This document shows positions 27,939 through 38,656 of a DNA stretch of 64,000 nucleotides, one piece after another (within the stretch, counting starts at the first letter, position 1; every line of letters starts with the position of its first letter). The stretch lies in the NCBI GenBank assembly GCA_045532825.1, contig JAZSGR010000087.1, positions 206 through 64,205 on the forward strand, written 5' to 3'. A model generated the notes under the pieces. It saw nothing but the letters and a program-made list of their open reading frames with translations, made no database searches and was not told where the DNA came from. The DNA is from Victivallaceae bacterium. GTDB lineage: Bacteria > Verrucomicrobiota > Lentisphaeria > Victivallales > Victivallaceae. The translations under genes and the position numbers were made by a program.

Positions 27939-29114
27939 ATGATGATCCTGTTTGACTGGCCGCTGCGCCTCTTTCTGTCGTTCCGCCGCAAAAAAGGCGG
28001 TGATCTCCGCCGTGCCTGCGGCGTATTTGCCGGCTGGGTCGGCGTCATCGTAAACATCATGCTCGCCGCACTGAAATTTGCCATTGCCGCCTGGTCCGGC
28101 AGTGTTGCACTGGCAGTCGATGCCGCCAACAACCTGTCGGATGCCGCTTCCGGCGGAGTTACCGTCGCAGGATTCATCCTCGCAGGCAAACCCGCCGACG
28201 AAGAACACCCTTTCGGTCACGGCAGAGTGGAATATATCGCAGGGATCATCGTTTCAGTCATCATCATCGCCGTCGGACTCAACTTTTTCAAAGAGTCGGC
28301 AATAAGGATCTTCCGTCCCGGCGAAGTGCTTTTCGACTGGCGGACAGCAGCATTCCTGCTCCCCGCAGTATTTTTCAAACTGTGGCTGGGCGGATTTTTT
28401 TATTCCGCCGGTAAAAAGACCGATTCACCGTCCCTGAAAGCTGCCGCCATTGACAGTTTCAGCGACCTCGGAGTGACCGCTATCGTACTCATATCCATGG
28501 CAGCCGGAAAATTCACAACTTTTCCTGTTGACGGTATCGCAGGTGTCATCGTTTCCGTATTCGTCCTGCTTGCCGGCATCAAGGTACTCAAGGAGATCGC
28601 GGATCCGCTCATCGGTTCAAAACCGGAGCAGGATATGGTTGAAGAACTTGTAAACTGTCTGCTGGAATGTGAGGGTATACGCGGTGTCCATGACTGCATC
28701 ATACACAGTTACGGTCCGGAGCTTTACTTTGCGACCGCCCATGCAGAGGTCGACCGCAACGGAGATCTGGTCGCCACCCACGACATTCTGGAGCGCGCAG
28801 AGGTCGCCGTTGCAAAAAAAATGCCGGTCACTCTGGTGCTGCACTGTGATCCATTCAACGTGAGCGAACCGGTCGCGCTCTACTGGCGGCGGCAGCTTGA
28901 AAATGCCGCAAATGCCATCGATGAACGGTTCAAAATCTACGATTTCCGCTATGACTGTACTCCCGGATCTTCGCCATGCCTGCGCTTTCACCTGCTGGTC
29001 AACCGGAGCGATCTCAAATGCAAAAAAGATATCATAAAATTTCTTGAAGACCGGGTAAAAAGCAGCGATCCCGGCGTTTCCATCGAAGTCGACTTTGTCA
29101 ACGCATACGTGTAG
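27939..29114 (+). CDS. Cation diffusion facilitator (CDF) family metal efflux transporter
   Basis: 391 aa. A TM domain with LKFAIAAWSGSVALAVDAANNLSDAASG and HPFGHGRVEY is followed by a C-terminal cytoplasmic domain. Confidence 0.88.
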   Translation: MMILFDWPLRLFLSFRRKKGGDLRRACGVFAGWVGVIVNIMLAALKFAIAAWSGSVALAVDAANNLSDAASGGVTVAGFILAGKPADEEHPFGHGRVEYIAGIIVSVIIIAVGLNFFKESAIRIFRPGEVLFDWRTAAFLLPAVFFKLWLGGFFYSAGKKTDSPSLKAAAIDSFSDLGVTAIVLISMAAGKFTTFPVDGIAGVIVSVFVLLAGIKVLKEIADPLIGSKPEQDMVEELVNCLLECEGIRGVHDCIIHSYGPELYFATAHAEVDRNGDLVATHDILERAEVAVAKKMPVTLVLHCDPFNVSEPVALYWRRQLENAANAIDERFKIYDFRYDCTPGSSPCLRFHLLVNRSDLKCKKDIIKFLEDRVKSSDPGVSIEVDFVNAYV

Positions 29115-29127
29115 AAGATCCCCGGCA

Positions 29128-30450
29128 TCAGCTGCGGGGCTCTCCGTCGATAAGACCGAGTTTCCTGCCCACCACGTAAGTACCGATGTTGTCACCGGCG
29201 ACGTTGCACGCAGTTTCAAACATATCCAGCAGCGGATTTATACCCAGCGCCAGAGCAATGACCAGAGAGGTCTGTTCCGGTGACAGGTTAAAACACCCGA
29301 GTACCATAAAGAGCAGAAACACACTCCCCCCCGGCACACCGCCTGCTCCGATCGAAGCGAACACCACGCTTATCACCATCAGCAGTATCTGCGCAAGAGA
29401 CATCTCGAAACCGAAAAGGTTTGCCGCAAGTATCGCAAACGCAGGCAAATGTATGCAGACGCCATCCATATTCACCGTAGCTCCGAGCGACAGTGTAAAA
29501 CCGGAGAGTTCTTTCCGGACGTGAAGTTTTTCCTGAACTGTCCGCAGGGAGACCGGCAGTGTCGCCGCACTCGAACGGGTGACAAATGCAGTCAGCACCG
29601 GTTCACGCAGTTTCCAGAGTACCGGATAGGGGTTTTCCTGACAGATCAAAGCCATGAATACCGGATAACATACTGTCAGCATAAGCATTATACCGGTTAT
29701 CACACAGAGCGCAAGCTGCATGTAGGATTGTATCAGAGTCACACCGTAGATTGCGAAATTGCAGGCGGTCAGAGCAAACACACCTACCGGGAAATAATGC
29801 ATCACCCAGCCGATGATCCTGAATACCGCTTTCTGAAGAGCATCAACGATATCCAGCAGAAGCTGCATTTTGCGGCAGGAGTCATCATCTCCAGGGTCAT
29901 CCAGCACCATGCGGCAGGCAAGTCCGAGCAGTATGGCGAATACGATCACCGGCAGAAAACTGCCGTCTGCCAGTGCCCTGAAGGGATTGGTGAATAAACT
30001 GTAAATGATGTTGAGAAAAGCATTTCCGCCGCCTGCTGCAGCAGTTTTCATTCCTTCGACCTGCGAAAGAAGTCCGCCTGCGAGCTGCTGTGCGGAGTCG
30101 AGCTTCGGATCAAAAATAAATGCCACAGTGCTGCCGAAGATCACAGAAAACAGACTGGTACAGAAATACCAGACACAGACCCACATGCCCATTTTTCCGA
30201 AGGTCTTCACCGGCAGACTTGCGGTGCCGTGGAGCAGTGAGAAGAAAATTACCGGCACCACGATCATTTTGAGCATATTTATCAGCACGCCGCCGAAAGG
30301 AGACAGGATACTTACGATATTCTGCCTGACCTCAACTCCGTAAACGATCCCGATCCGGTATATCATCAGACCGGCGAGACATCCGGCGATGAAAGCTCCC
30401 AGATTCCACCAGACAAGCGGAATACTGCGGAAAAACCTGAAAAGTTTCAT
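29128..30450 (-). CDS. Dicarboxylate/amino acid:cation symporter (DAACS family)
   Basis: 440 aa. TRSSAATLPV and GATVNMDGVCIH are typical GltP/SstT-family reentrant-loop motifs. Confidence 0.88.
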   Translation of the reverse strand: MKLFRFFRSIPLVWWNLGAFIAGCLAGLMIYRIGIVYGVEVRQNIVSILSPFGGVLINMLKMIVVPVIFFSLLHGTASLPVKTFGKMGMWVCVWYFCTSLFSVIFGSTVAFIFDPKLDSAQQLAGGLLSQVEGMKTAAAGGGNAFLNIIYSLFTNPFRALADGSFLPVIVFAILLGLACRMVLDDPGDDDSCRKMQLLLDIVDALQKAVFRIIGWVMHYFPVGVFALTACNFAIYGVTLIQSYMQLALCVITGIMLMLTVCYPVFMALICQENPYPVLWKLREPVLTAFVTRSSAATLPVSLRTVQEKLHVRKELSGFTLSLGATVNMDGVCIHLPAFAILAANLFGFEMSLAQILLMVISVVFASIGAGGVPGGSVFLLFMVLGCFNLSPEQTSLVIALALGINPLLDMFETACNVAGDNIGTYVVGRKLGLIDGEPRS

Positions 30451-30487
30451 ATTTCCTCACTCCATGTTCTGAAAATACGGTATTCCG

Positions 30488-30844
30488 TCAACTGTGCTGT
30501 CTTACGTAAAAGATATTGTTTTCCGGATCTCTGCCGATACGGTATTCAGACGTTCCGAAAGAGATGATCTCCGAAAGAGCCGGAAAACCGGAGTCCTGCA
30601 GTCTGGCGGAAAGCGCATCGATGTCTTCCGTTTCAAAAAACCACCCGGTGGCGGAAGAGGCGTGTTCAAGGAACTTGCCGCTGTTCTGCTCCAGTGTCAG
30701 GACCAGATTTTCCGCAAGCGCAAACTGCACCATAAAAGAACTGTCAAAAAAAGGAGTACCGAAACCGATGATATCCCGGTAGAACATACGGCACTGATCG
30801 ATATCGTTGACCTTGAGTAAAACTCCGTACATCAAATTGCTCAT
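30488..30844 (-). CDS. VOC (glyoxalase/bleomycin-resistance fold) family protein
   Basis: 118 aa. The beta-alpha-beta-beta-beta pattern LKVNDIDQCRMFYRDIIGF is typical of the glyoxalase-like fold. Confidence 0.65.
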   Translation of the reverse strand: MSNLMYGVLLKVNDIDQCRMFYRDIIGFGTPFFDSSFMVQFALAENLVLTLEQNSGKFLEHASSATGWFFETEDIDALSARLQDSGFPALSEIISFGTSEYRIGRDPENNIFYVRQHS

Positions 30845-31029
30845 GATCGAAACTTCCCTTTAAAATTTTGAGTAAAAGGTTGATTTATTTCTTCAATGGT
30901 ATTATCTTATATAAAAAGTATCATAACAGAGTGTGTTATGCGTTTTTATATTATAACCCGTTTTAACGGAAAAGACAACCCTTTATTGCAAAAAGTTGCC
31001 GGCAAAACGGAAAATTTCGAGGAAAAACA

Positions 31030-32472
31030 GTGAATAAGACAAGTTATTGCAATCCGCTGACCGACCGCTATGCGGGCCGTTCAATGAGTTATGTCTGGTC
31101 TCCGCAGTACAAGCACTCCACCTGGCGCAAGCTCTGGCTGACCCTCGCCCGCTGCGAAAAAGAACTCGGTCTGCCCATCACCGATGCCCAGATAGCTGAA
31201 CTTGAAGCCCACCAGCAGGATATAGATTTCGACCGTGTTGCCGAAATCGAAAAAGGTCTGCGCCATGATGTGATGAGCCACATCCGTGCACTGGCGGAAC
31301 TGGCTCCGGAAGCTGCTCCGATCATCCACCTCGGAGCCACCAGCTGCTTTGTGACCGACAACACCGAACTCATCCAGATGCGCGAAGCGATGAAACTGCT
31401 GCGCGGCAAACTGCTGCGTCTCATCTCCCAGATCGCCGATTTCTGTGATGCACAGAAGAGTGTTCCCATGCTCGGTTTCACTCATCTCCAGCCGGCACAG
31501 CTCACCACCCTCGGCAAACGTTTCGCACTCTATCTTCAGGACTTCATGCTGGATTTTGAACGCCTCGACCGTGAGATCGCCGAACTGCCGTTCCGCAGTG
31601 TCAAAGGCACCACCGGCACCCAAGCAAGTTTCCTGGAACTTTTCGACGGAGATCACGCAAAATGCCGTGAACTGGAAAAACGTGTCGCAAAGGAAATGGG
31701 TTTCGATAATGTGATCTATCTTTCCGGACAGACTTACAGCCGCAAGATCGATTATTTCGTGCTTTCCATCCTCTCCGGGCTCGCCCAGAGCGCGGCAAAG
31801 ATGGCTACCGATATCCGTATCCTCGCCAATATGAAAGAGGTCGAAGAACCTTTCGGAGCCAAACAGGTCGGTTCCAGCGCAATGGCTTACAAGCGCAATC
31901 CGATGCGCAGTGAGCGTGTCTGCTCCCTCGCCCGTTATGTGATGAACCTGCCGGGCAATGCGGCATACACCGCTTCGACCCAGTGGTTTGAACGTACTCT
32001 TGACGACTCCGCCAACCGCCGTCTGGTTCTGCCGGAAGGCTTCCTTGCCTGTGATGTGATACTTTCCATTCTGCTGGATGTCACTTCCGGACTTCAGGTC
32101 TGGCCCAAGGTCATCGAAAAACATGTTGCCGCCGAACTTCCCTTTATGGCGACTGAAAACCTGCTTATGGCTGCGGTGAAAAAAGGCGGAAACCGTCAGG
32201 AACTCCACGAAGTCATCCGCAATCACTCCATGGCTGCCGGACGCAGAGTCAAAGAGGAAGGTCAGGAAAACGATCTGCTGGAACGCATCAAAAACGATCC
32301 GGCATTCTCCGCTATCAGGGAAGAATTTGATTCCCTCATCGATCCCTCGGCATTCGTCGGCCGTGCTCCGCAGCAGGTCAGCGATTACCTGCAGGATGAG
32401 GTCCGTCCGCTGCTGGCTGAACGCGCAGCTGAACTTGCAGACGATGCCGACTGCGCCGCACTCAATGTTTAA
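31030..32472 (+). CDS. purB: Adenylosuccinate lyase
   Basis: 480 aa, GTG start after GAGGA. NPLTDRYA, the fumarate-lyase signature GSSAMAYKRNPMRSE, and a full-length match to the long ASL type. Confidence 0.94.
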   Translation: MNKTSYCNPLTDRYAGRSMSYVWSPQYKHSTWRKLWLTLARCEKELGLPITDAQIAELEAHQQDIDFDRVAEIEKGLRHDVMSHIRALAELAPEAAPIIHLGATSCFVTDNTELIQMREAMKLLRGKLLRLISQIADFCDAQKSVPMLGFTHLQPAQLTTLGKRFALYLQDFMLDFERLDREIAELPFRSVKGTTGTQASFLELFDGDHAKCRELEKRVAKEMGFDNVIYLSGQTYSRKIDYFVLSILSGLAQSAAKMATDIRILANMKEVEEPFGAKQVGSSAMAYKRNPMRSERVCSLARYVMNLPGNAAYTASTQWFERTLDDSANRRLVLPEGFLACDVILSILLDVTSGLQVWPKVIEKHVAAELPFMATENLLMAAVKKGGNRQELHEVIRNHSMAAGRRVKEEGQENDLLERIKNDPAFSAIREEFDSLIDPSAFVGRAPQQVSDYLQDEVRPLLAERAAELADDADCAALNV

Positions 32473-32499
32473 AAACAAATAACTTTGGAGATATGAAAA

Positions 32500-33870
32500 A
32501 TGGCTTTTCTCGGTAATAATTATCTTATCAAAAATCAGACCGGTCTGGCGATCTTTGACAGCATCAAATCGCTTCCGGTGATCGACCCGCACAACCATGC
32601 GAATGTCAAAGAGATCGCGGACAACAACTGTTACGGCGATGCCTGGCAGCTCTTTGCCGCCACCGACCACTACGTCTGGGAAATGCTCCGCAAGCGCGGA
32701 GTTCCGGAGGATCTCATCACCGGCAGTGCTTCCAACCGTGACAAATTCCTCGCTCTGGCGAAAGTGTTTCCGGAAGTTGCCGGAAATCCGGTCTACGAGT
32801 GGATCCACCTTGACCTCAAACGTTATTTCGGCATCGACGATCAGATCAATGCTGCAAACGGCGAAAAGATCTACGATGCGGTAAACGCAAAACTTGCCAC
32901 CGATGCCTACCGTCCGCAGGCTCTTCTGACCGGTCCGCTCAATGTGGAGACCATGTGTTCAACCGATGATCTCATCGACAAACTTGAAGATCACGACCGT
33001 GCCAATGCCGCATTCGGCAGAACCATGATCCGTCCGACCTGGCGTCCCGACAAGGCGATGAAGATCTTCGCCAACGGCTGGAGAGCATATATGGGACAGG
33101 TCGAAGAGCGTTTCGGTGTAAAGCTCAACATCCTTGCCGATCTTTTCGATGTCCTCAAACGCAGTCACGATTACTTTGCCGAACGCGGATGCTGTGCCAG
33201 TGACCACGGTATCGAACTCCCGGTCCGCGCAGACTACGACTTCGCCGATGCCGATGCGGTGTTCAAAAAGGCGATGGCAGGAGAAAAACTCACTGCTGAA
33301 GAATGCGATATCTTCATGGGTGTATTCATGGTCGAAGTCGGCGAACTCAACAGCAGGACCGACTGGGTGACCCAGCTGCATCTTGGCGCGGTCCGCGACG
33401 TCCGCACCAGACTTTTCGACAGCCTCGGACCGGATGTCGGCGGAGACGTGAGCAACCATTACCAGGATTATCTCCCGGCACTGGTGACCTTCCTCAACCG
33501 CTTCGACAACCGTCTCAAAGTGGTGCTCTACTGCCTTGAAGCCGGACATCAGGCAACTCTTGCCACCATCGCCCGTGCATTCGGCGAAAAGGTGGTACTC
33601 GGCTCCGCCTGGTGGCTGAACGATACTCCGATCGGCATGCGCCGTCAGCTGGAATATATCGGTTCCACCGACGTGTTGAGCAATTTTGCCGGTATGGTCT
33701 CCGACTCACGCAAACTGCTGAGCTACGGTTCACGTTTTGAAATGTTCCGCAGAGTGCTTTCCGATGTTCTCGGCGACATGACCGAACGCGGTCAGATGCC
33801 GGAGGAGATCACCATGGACCTGGCATCCCGCATGGCATACAGCGGTCCGAAAAAATTCTGGAATCTTTGA
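32500..33870 (+). CDS. uxaC: Glucuronate isomerase
   Basis: 456 aa. LPVIDPHNH is the metal-binding HxH. NPVYEWIHLDLKRYFGI and RPTWRPDKAM match the UxaC family pattern. Confidence 0.85.
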   Translation: MAFLGNNYLIKNQTGLAIFDSIKSLPVIDPHNHANVKEIADNNCYGDAWQLFAATDHYVWEMLRKRGVPEDLITGSASNRDKFLALAKVFPEVAGNPVYEWIHLDLKRYFGIDDQINAANGEKIYDAVNAKLATDAYRPQALLTGPLNVETMCSTDDLIDKLEDHDRANAAFGRTMIRPTWRPDKAMKIFANGWRAYMGQVEERFGVKLNILADLFDVLKRSHDYFAERGCCASDHGIELPVRADYDFADADAVFKKAMAGEKLTAEECDIFMGVFMVEVGELNSRTDWVTQLHLGAVRDVRTRLFDSLGPDVGGDVSNHYQDYLPALVTFLNRFDNRLKVVLYCLEAGHQATLATIARAFGEKVVLGSAWWLNDTPIGMRRQLEYIGSTDVLSNFAGMVSDSRKLLSYGSRFEMFRRVLSDVLGDMTERGQMPEEITMDLASRMAYSGPKKFWNL

Positions 33871-33888
33871 TAAAAGCGAGGTATGATT

Positions 33889-34932
33889 ATGGCAAAGGAA
33901 GTCAAAAGCGATCTTTACAAGGCGGCAGGTGTTGATATCGACCTTGCAACCGAACTGCTTTCCCGGGCAAAAAAGGATCTTGCCTCAACCCGCCGTCCTG
34001 AAATGCTCAGTCCCATCGGCGGCTTCGGCGGCTTGTTTTCTGCGAAATTCGCCAACTATCAGGATCCGGTGCTGGTCTCCAGCATCGACGGCGTCGGAAC
34101 CAAACTCATGATCGCCATGATGATGGAAAAATATGATACCGTCGGATGCGATATCGTCAATCACTGCATCAATGATATTTCCGTTCAGGGAGCTGAACCG
34201 ATCTATTTTCTTGACTACATCGGCATCGGCAAACTCCGCAGCCCCCTGTACGAACAGGTGTTGAGCGGCATCGCCAAAGCGTGCCGTGAAGCGAACTGCG
34301 CCGTTCTCGGCGGTGAAACTGCCGAAATGCCCGGCATGTACGGCAATGACTTCGACCTGGTTGGTGTCATCACCGGCGTGGTGGAGCGTTCCAAGATCAT
34401 CGACGGAACCAAAATCGCTCCCGGTCATGTCGCTATCGGTATCGCCTCCAACGGTCCTCACACCAACGGTTTCAGTCTTGCCCGCAAGATCCTCTTCGGC
34501 GACGGCAAACTCACCGTCCACACCTATCTTGATGAACTCGGTGAGACCGTGGGAGAAGCTCTGCTGCATCCGCACGTCTGTTACTATCCAGCGATCCGCG
34601 AAGCGATGAACCGCGGCATTGCGCTCGACGGTATCGCCCACATCACCGGCGGCGGACTTTACGACAACGTTCCGCGCATCCTGCCGGAAAACGTGGATGT
34701 GATCTTCCGCAGCGATGTCATGCCGGTCCTGCCGATCTTCAAACTGATGACTGAAATGGGCAAGGTCGAAAAGTCCGAAGCCTACCGTGTGTTCAACATG
34801 GGTATCGGTATGGTCTGGTTCGTTCCGGAGAACACGAAGGAAACAGCTCTGGATATCATCCGCAAAGCCGGTTACAGCTGTGATGTCATCGGTGAAGTGG
34901 TTCCCGGCACCCGCAAAGTCGAGGTGATTTAA
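33889..34932 (+). CDS. purM: Phosphoribosylformylglycinamidine cyclo-ligase (AIR synthetase)
   Basis: YKAAGVDIDLA, IGGFGGLF, DGVGTKL and NHCINDISVQGAEP are present. I prefer the start at MAKEV (33889) over 33883. Confidence 0.94.
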   Translation: MAKEVKSDLYKAAGVDIDLATELLSRAKKDLASTRRPEMLSPIGGFGGLFSAKFANYQDPVLVSSIDGVGTKLMIAMMMEKYDTVGCDIVNHCINDISVQGAEPIYFLDYIGIGKLRSPLYEQVLSGIAKACREANCAVLGGETAEMPGMYGNDFDLVGVITGVVERSKIIDGTKIAPGHVAIGIASNGPHTNGFSLARKILFGDGKLTVHTYLDELGETVGEALLHPHVCYYPAIREAMNRGIALDGIAHITGGGLYDNVPRILPENVDVIFRSDVMPVLPIFKLMTEMGKVEKSEAYRVFNMGIGMVWFVPENTKETALDIIRKAGYSCDVIGEVVPGTRKVEVI

Positions 34933-34934
34933 GT

Positions 34935-36758
34935 ATGTTCAGATTCTCCCGGCTGTCCGCCTCTGTATTCAGAGCAAAACTGATAAAAAGTCCGCTGCGC
35001 AGTTCCTACGAAGCGTTGACCGGATTTTTTACCGGTGACAGCAGGGAGGAGCAATGGCGCGGAGCAGTTCTCGCACTCATCCGCACACTTCTTGATGAAA
35101 ACGGCACGGTCTCAAGCGAAAAACTTGAGATCGTCCGCCGTCTTATTGAAAGCAGAAGAGGAGCGGAAGAAGCGGACCGCAATATGCGGGTATTGAAAAA
35201 CGTTTCCTCCATAACTCCGGCGGAAGCGGCGGCGGCACTTGCCGATCTGGATCAGGAACAGCTGGAACAGCTGGTAAAATTCCTGATTCTGCTTTCACTT
35301 ACGGCAAGGGTTTTCGACACCGCCAACCGCACACTTCTTGCCGATTTTGCCGCAGCTGCCGGAATAACGGACGAACAGTTCGACCGTCTGGCAGTCGAAG
35401 CCAAAGCTGAACGTACCGCCCAGGATCACCTGATACGTTCCGGTGCGGGCTTGATCGCTGCGATCGGAGTCATTCTGGTATTCATCCTTACCGCCACACT
35501 GCTGAGGTCAGTCATTTTCGGTCTGATCGGAGCATATCTGCTGCTGCCGCTTGAAAAGTATTTTGAACGCAAACTCCGTTCCGGCAGAGGCGTATGCTTC
35601 TTTCTGGCACGCATGGCAGAACTTTTATTTCTTCCGCTCGCCAGACTTTCATTGGCAGTAAGAAGAAAAAATCCGGAAAATACGGTCAGCCGTCCTCCGG
35701 AAAAATCCGACAAAAAAATCACCCGGCAGGCAGTATCGTTCACAGTCATGCTGGTCGGCATATTCGTGATTTCCGGTATCGTCTTTATTTCGTCTCTGAC
35801 CGGTAAATACGTCGGTCAGCTGAAAAATTCGGTCAGAAACTGGCAAAATACAGAGACTGCAGCATCCGGAAACTTCACGACTTATACTCAAAAGGCGGAT
35901 GATTATGTGGAAAAACTCAAGACCCGTCTGGAAAATTCTCCGGTCATCCGGCAGGGAGTGGAATTCCTGCAGCAGGTCATGGAGGACGAAAAGACCCGCA
36001 ACGAACTGGGCGGCATGCTTCTGCGTTCCACCGGCGGAGTGGTAAACTTCACAGCCGGATTGCTCGGTACTCTGCTGAGCATCATAGGCGATGTGGTGCT
36101 TTCGGTATTTTTCGGACTGCTGTTTCTGTTCAAACTGGCGGAGTTCTGCCGCAAAGACAGCAGTTCCGGCAAACAGAGCGAATACCTTGTCCGCACCGTT
36201 TTCAACGGCAAATGGCTGCCGGGTGCAAATGAAAACACTGTCGCCGAAGCCCGCACCGTTCTCAGCGGCACGTTCATGCGTCTGCGCATCTGGGTGCGCG
36301 GGTATCTGCTTCTGATGCTGATCGATGCCACGGTGTATACCACAGCATTCTGCCTGCTGAAAGTACCGTATTTTCCGATACTCGGACTTATTGCCGGCTG
36401 CGGTATTCTGCTGCCTTACATCGGTCCGGTCACCGGCTGCCTTCTCACTCTGCTGGTGACTCTTGCTTTCGGAGATGCAAGCGGCATGCAGCTTCTTCTG
36501 CTGCTGATCTTTTATTTGATTTACAGCGGCATAATTGAACAATTCATCCTTTATCCGGCAGTTATCGGTGAATCACTCGGACTTACCACGCTGGAAACGA
36601 TCATCGTGGTCCTGCTCGGAGCAGTTTTTGCAGGGATCTCCGGAATGATCCTTGCTCTTCCGGCGGCATCGGTGCTTAAATACATGGTTCCGCAGATATA
36701 CCGCTACTGGGGCGGTGAAAATAAAAAACTTTTGCCAAACGGCAGAGGGCAGGCATGA
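34935..36758 (+). CDS. AI-2E (PerM/UPF0118) family transporter with ~170-aa N-terminal cytoplasmic extension
   Basis: 607 aa. The C-terminal part (LLPYIGPVTG, YPAVIGESLGLTTLETIIVVLLGAVFAGISGMILALPAASVLKY) is typical of AI-2E. The N-terminal helical extension (LIRTLLDENGTVSSEKLEIVRRLI) weakly resembles TerB/DjlA-N-like domains. Confidence 0.7.
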   Translation: MFRFSRLSASVFRAKLIKSPLRSSYEALTGFFTGDSREEQWRGAVLALIRTLLDENGTVSSEKLEIVRRLIESRRGAEEADRNMRVLKNVSSITPAEAAAALADLDQEQLEQLVKFLILLSLTARVFDTANRTLLADFAAAAGITDEQFDRLAVEAKAERTAQDHLIRSGAGLIAAIGVILVFILTATLLRSVIFGLIGAYLLLPLEKYFERKLRSGRGVCFFLARMAELLFLPLARLSLAVRRKNPENTVSRPPEKSDKKITRQAVSFTVMLVGIFVISGIVFISSLTGKYVGQLKNSVRNWQNTETAASGNFTTYTQKADDYVEKLKTRLENSPVIRQGVEFLQQVMEDEKTRNELGGMLLRSTGGVVNFTAGLLGTLLSIIGDVVLSVFFGLLFLFKLAEFCRKDSSSGKQSEYLVRTVFNGKWLPGANENTVAEARTVLSGTFMRLRIWVRGYLLLMLIDATVYTTAFCLLKVPYFPILGLIAGCGILLPYIGPVTGCLLTLLVTLAFGDASGMQLLLLLIFYLIYSGIIEQFILYPAVIGESLGLTTLETIIVVLLGAVFAGISGMILALPAASVLKYMVPQIYRYWGGENKKLLPNGRGQA

Positions 36759-38656
36759 CCGGCATCATCCGTTACGCCGCTCCGGTGAACACACTTTTCA
36801 TCTTTCTTGCCGTACTGCTGACGGCAGTCCAGGGATGTATCGTTTCAGATGACGTAACGATCCGTAAAATAAAACCGCACGAACGTTTTGAATACAGCAG
36901 CAGCATGATAAATGTCCCCCACAGACTCATGCCGCTTTCGGTGAACGTACTCGGCAATTTTCTGCTGCATGACCTCTACCGGAACGAACCGGAACGTCTG
37001 CTGGAAAAACTTGAAAAGCTCTATCACAATGAAAACCGCGGTCAATTTGTCGAAGTGCTGGCAGATTGTTCGCTGAATCTCGGCATGCGCTTTGCCGGAG
37101 ACCCCGACCGTGCCGCCCGCTTCTATCTGAGTGCGGTGATTTACTCTTACGGTTACATCACCAGACTGGATAAGCCTGAAGCCGCCTACAATCCCTCGCG
37201 GATGGAGATGATCCGTATATACAATCTGGCTCTGACAGAACTGTTTGCCTGTCTTTCAGAAAAAAATCTTGAACGCAGCGGCGGTTTTGAACTTACTTCC
37301 GCCTCCGGACAGACTGTATTTTTTGACATTCCGGAATACCGTATGCCGGTAAAAAAAGAACTGCTGGGTAAATTTCTGCTGTGTGCGGATTACCGTCCGG
37401 TAAATCTGACCCACGTTTCCCGCAAATTCGGGTTGGGAGTTCCGCTGATCGCCACCTTGCGCAGTCATAATGCCGGCAACGGTGAAATTTTTGCAAAGGA
37501 CATGGTTCTTCCCGGCACCCTGATAATGGATTTTCCCGAATATCCCCCGGCGGATAAAAAAAACGGACGTTTCAGATGCAAACTGATTTTTACAGATTCC
37601 CGCAACATCGGCGAAGTGACTGCCGGCGGCAGAAAAATACCGGTCGAACAGGATCTTTCCACTCCGCTTGCGTACATGGCAAAAGATCCGCTGCCGTTCA
37701 ACTTTCTGTTCTACATGATGCGTCCTGAAGACACCAGGGAGATGCAGGGGCTGTACCGTTTTGAATCATTCGATCCGGAGCGTATTCCGGTGGTACTGGT
37801 GCACGGTCTCATGTCGGACACCCGCACCTGGATGCAGATGATAAATACTTTGCGCAGTGATCCGGTATTTCTGAAACACTATCAGGTCTACGGATTTTCC
37901 TATTCCAGCGGCAATCCGATAATCAACTCCGCTACATTCATGCGTCAGGCACTGAAAGCCGAGCGCGACAGGATCATCAAGGCGGGATATCCGACGGAAA
38001 AATTCGATCAGATGGTTCTGGTCGGGCACTCTATGGGCGGACTGCTCAGCCGCCTTGCAATAAGCAGCTCTGGAAAAGTAATAGAACAGATGATATCCGG
38101 TCAGAACGGGGAATCCATCGACTCCATACTTGCAGAGCTCAATGAAGATGAGAAAAAATTTGCCCGTGAAGCGATCTATTTCGATCCCCTGCCCTTTGTC
38201 AAACGTGTCGTATTCATCGCGGTTCCCCACCGGGGATCGGTGCTGGCTCAAAGTTGGATAGGCAAATTCGGAGCGTGGTGCATCCGGCTGCCGGAAAAAT
38301 TGACAAATTTCCGCCGTTCCCTGGCACTCCGCAACTTCATAAAAACTGTCGGCAAAGAGCAGTTCAACAATACCGGGATCGACAACCTTGATCCGGATAA
38401 CATTGCAATACAGTATCTCAACATACTCAAGATGAGTGACAGGATCCCGTTCCACTCCATAATCGGCAACAAAGATGAAGCCGGCTCTCCCGGCGGAAGC
38501 GATGGCATCGTGCCGTATTCCAGCAGTCACCTCGATGATGCAAAAAGTGAACTGATCGTCAAATCCGGTCACAGTGCCCAGAAAAATCCGCTGGCGATCC
38601 AGGAACTGCGCAGGATACTTCTGCTGCATATCGAAAGTCTGAAAAAGTCCGAATGA
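36755..38656 (+). CDS. Lipoprotein alpha/beta-hydrolase (lipase/esterase-like)
   Basis: 633 aa. The lipobox is LLTAVQGC. VVLVHGLMSD and the nucleophile elbow LVGHSMGGLL are present. An ATGA overlap links it to the upstream gene. Confidence 0.7.
   Translation: MTGIIRYAAPVNTLFIFLAVLLTAVQGCIVSDDVTIRKIKPHERFEYSSSMINVPHRLMPLSVNVLGNFLLHDLYRNEPERLLEKLEKLYHNENRGQFVEVLADCSLNLGMRFAGDPDRAARFYLSAVIYSYGYITRLDKPEAAYNPSRMEMIRIYNLALTELFACLSEKNLERSGGFELTSASGQTVFFDIPEYRMPVKKELLGKFLLCADYRPVNLTHVSRKFGLGVPLIATLRSHNAGNGEIFAKDMVLPGTLIMDFPEYPPADKKNGRFRCKLIFTDSRNIGEVTAGGRKIPVEQDLSTPLAYMAKDPLPFNFLFYMMRPEDTREMQGLYRFESFDPERIPVVLVHGLMSDTRTWMQMINTLRSDPVFLKHYQVYGFSYSSGNPIINSATFMRQALKAERDRIIKAGYPTEKFDQMVLVGHSMGGLLSRLAISSSGKVIEQMISGQNGESIDSILAELNEDEKKFAREAIYFDPLPFVKRVVFIAVPHRGSVLAQSWIGKFGAWCIRLPEKLTNFRRSLALRNFIKTVGKEQFNNTGIDNLDPDNIAIQYLNILKMSDRIPFHSIIGNKDEAGSPGGSDGIVPYSSSHLDDAKSELIVKSGHSAQKNPLAIQELRRILLLHIESLKKSE

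Noticed and set aside
32500-33870. uxaC sitting between purB and purM as a sign of misassembly or recent insertion
   Set aside because: The spacing is tight and the genes are co-directional (27 nt and about 18 nt gaps). There are no repeats or compositional breaks at the junctions. It looks like ordinary gene-order shuffling.
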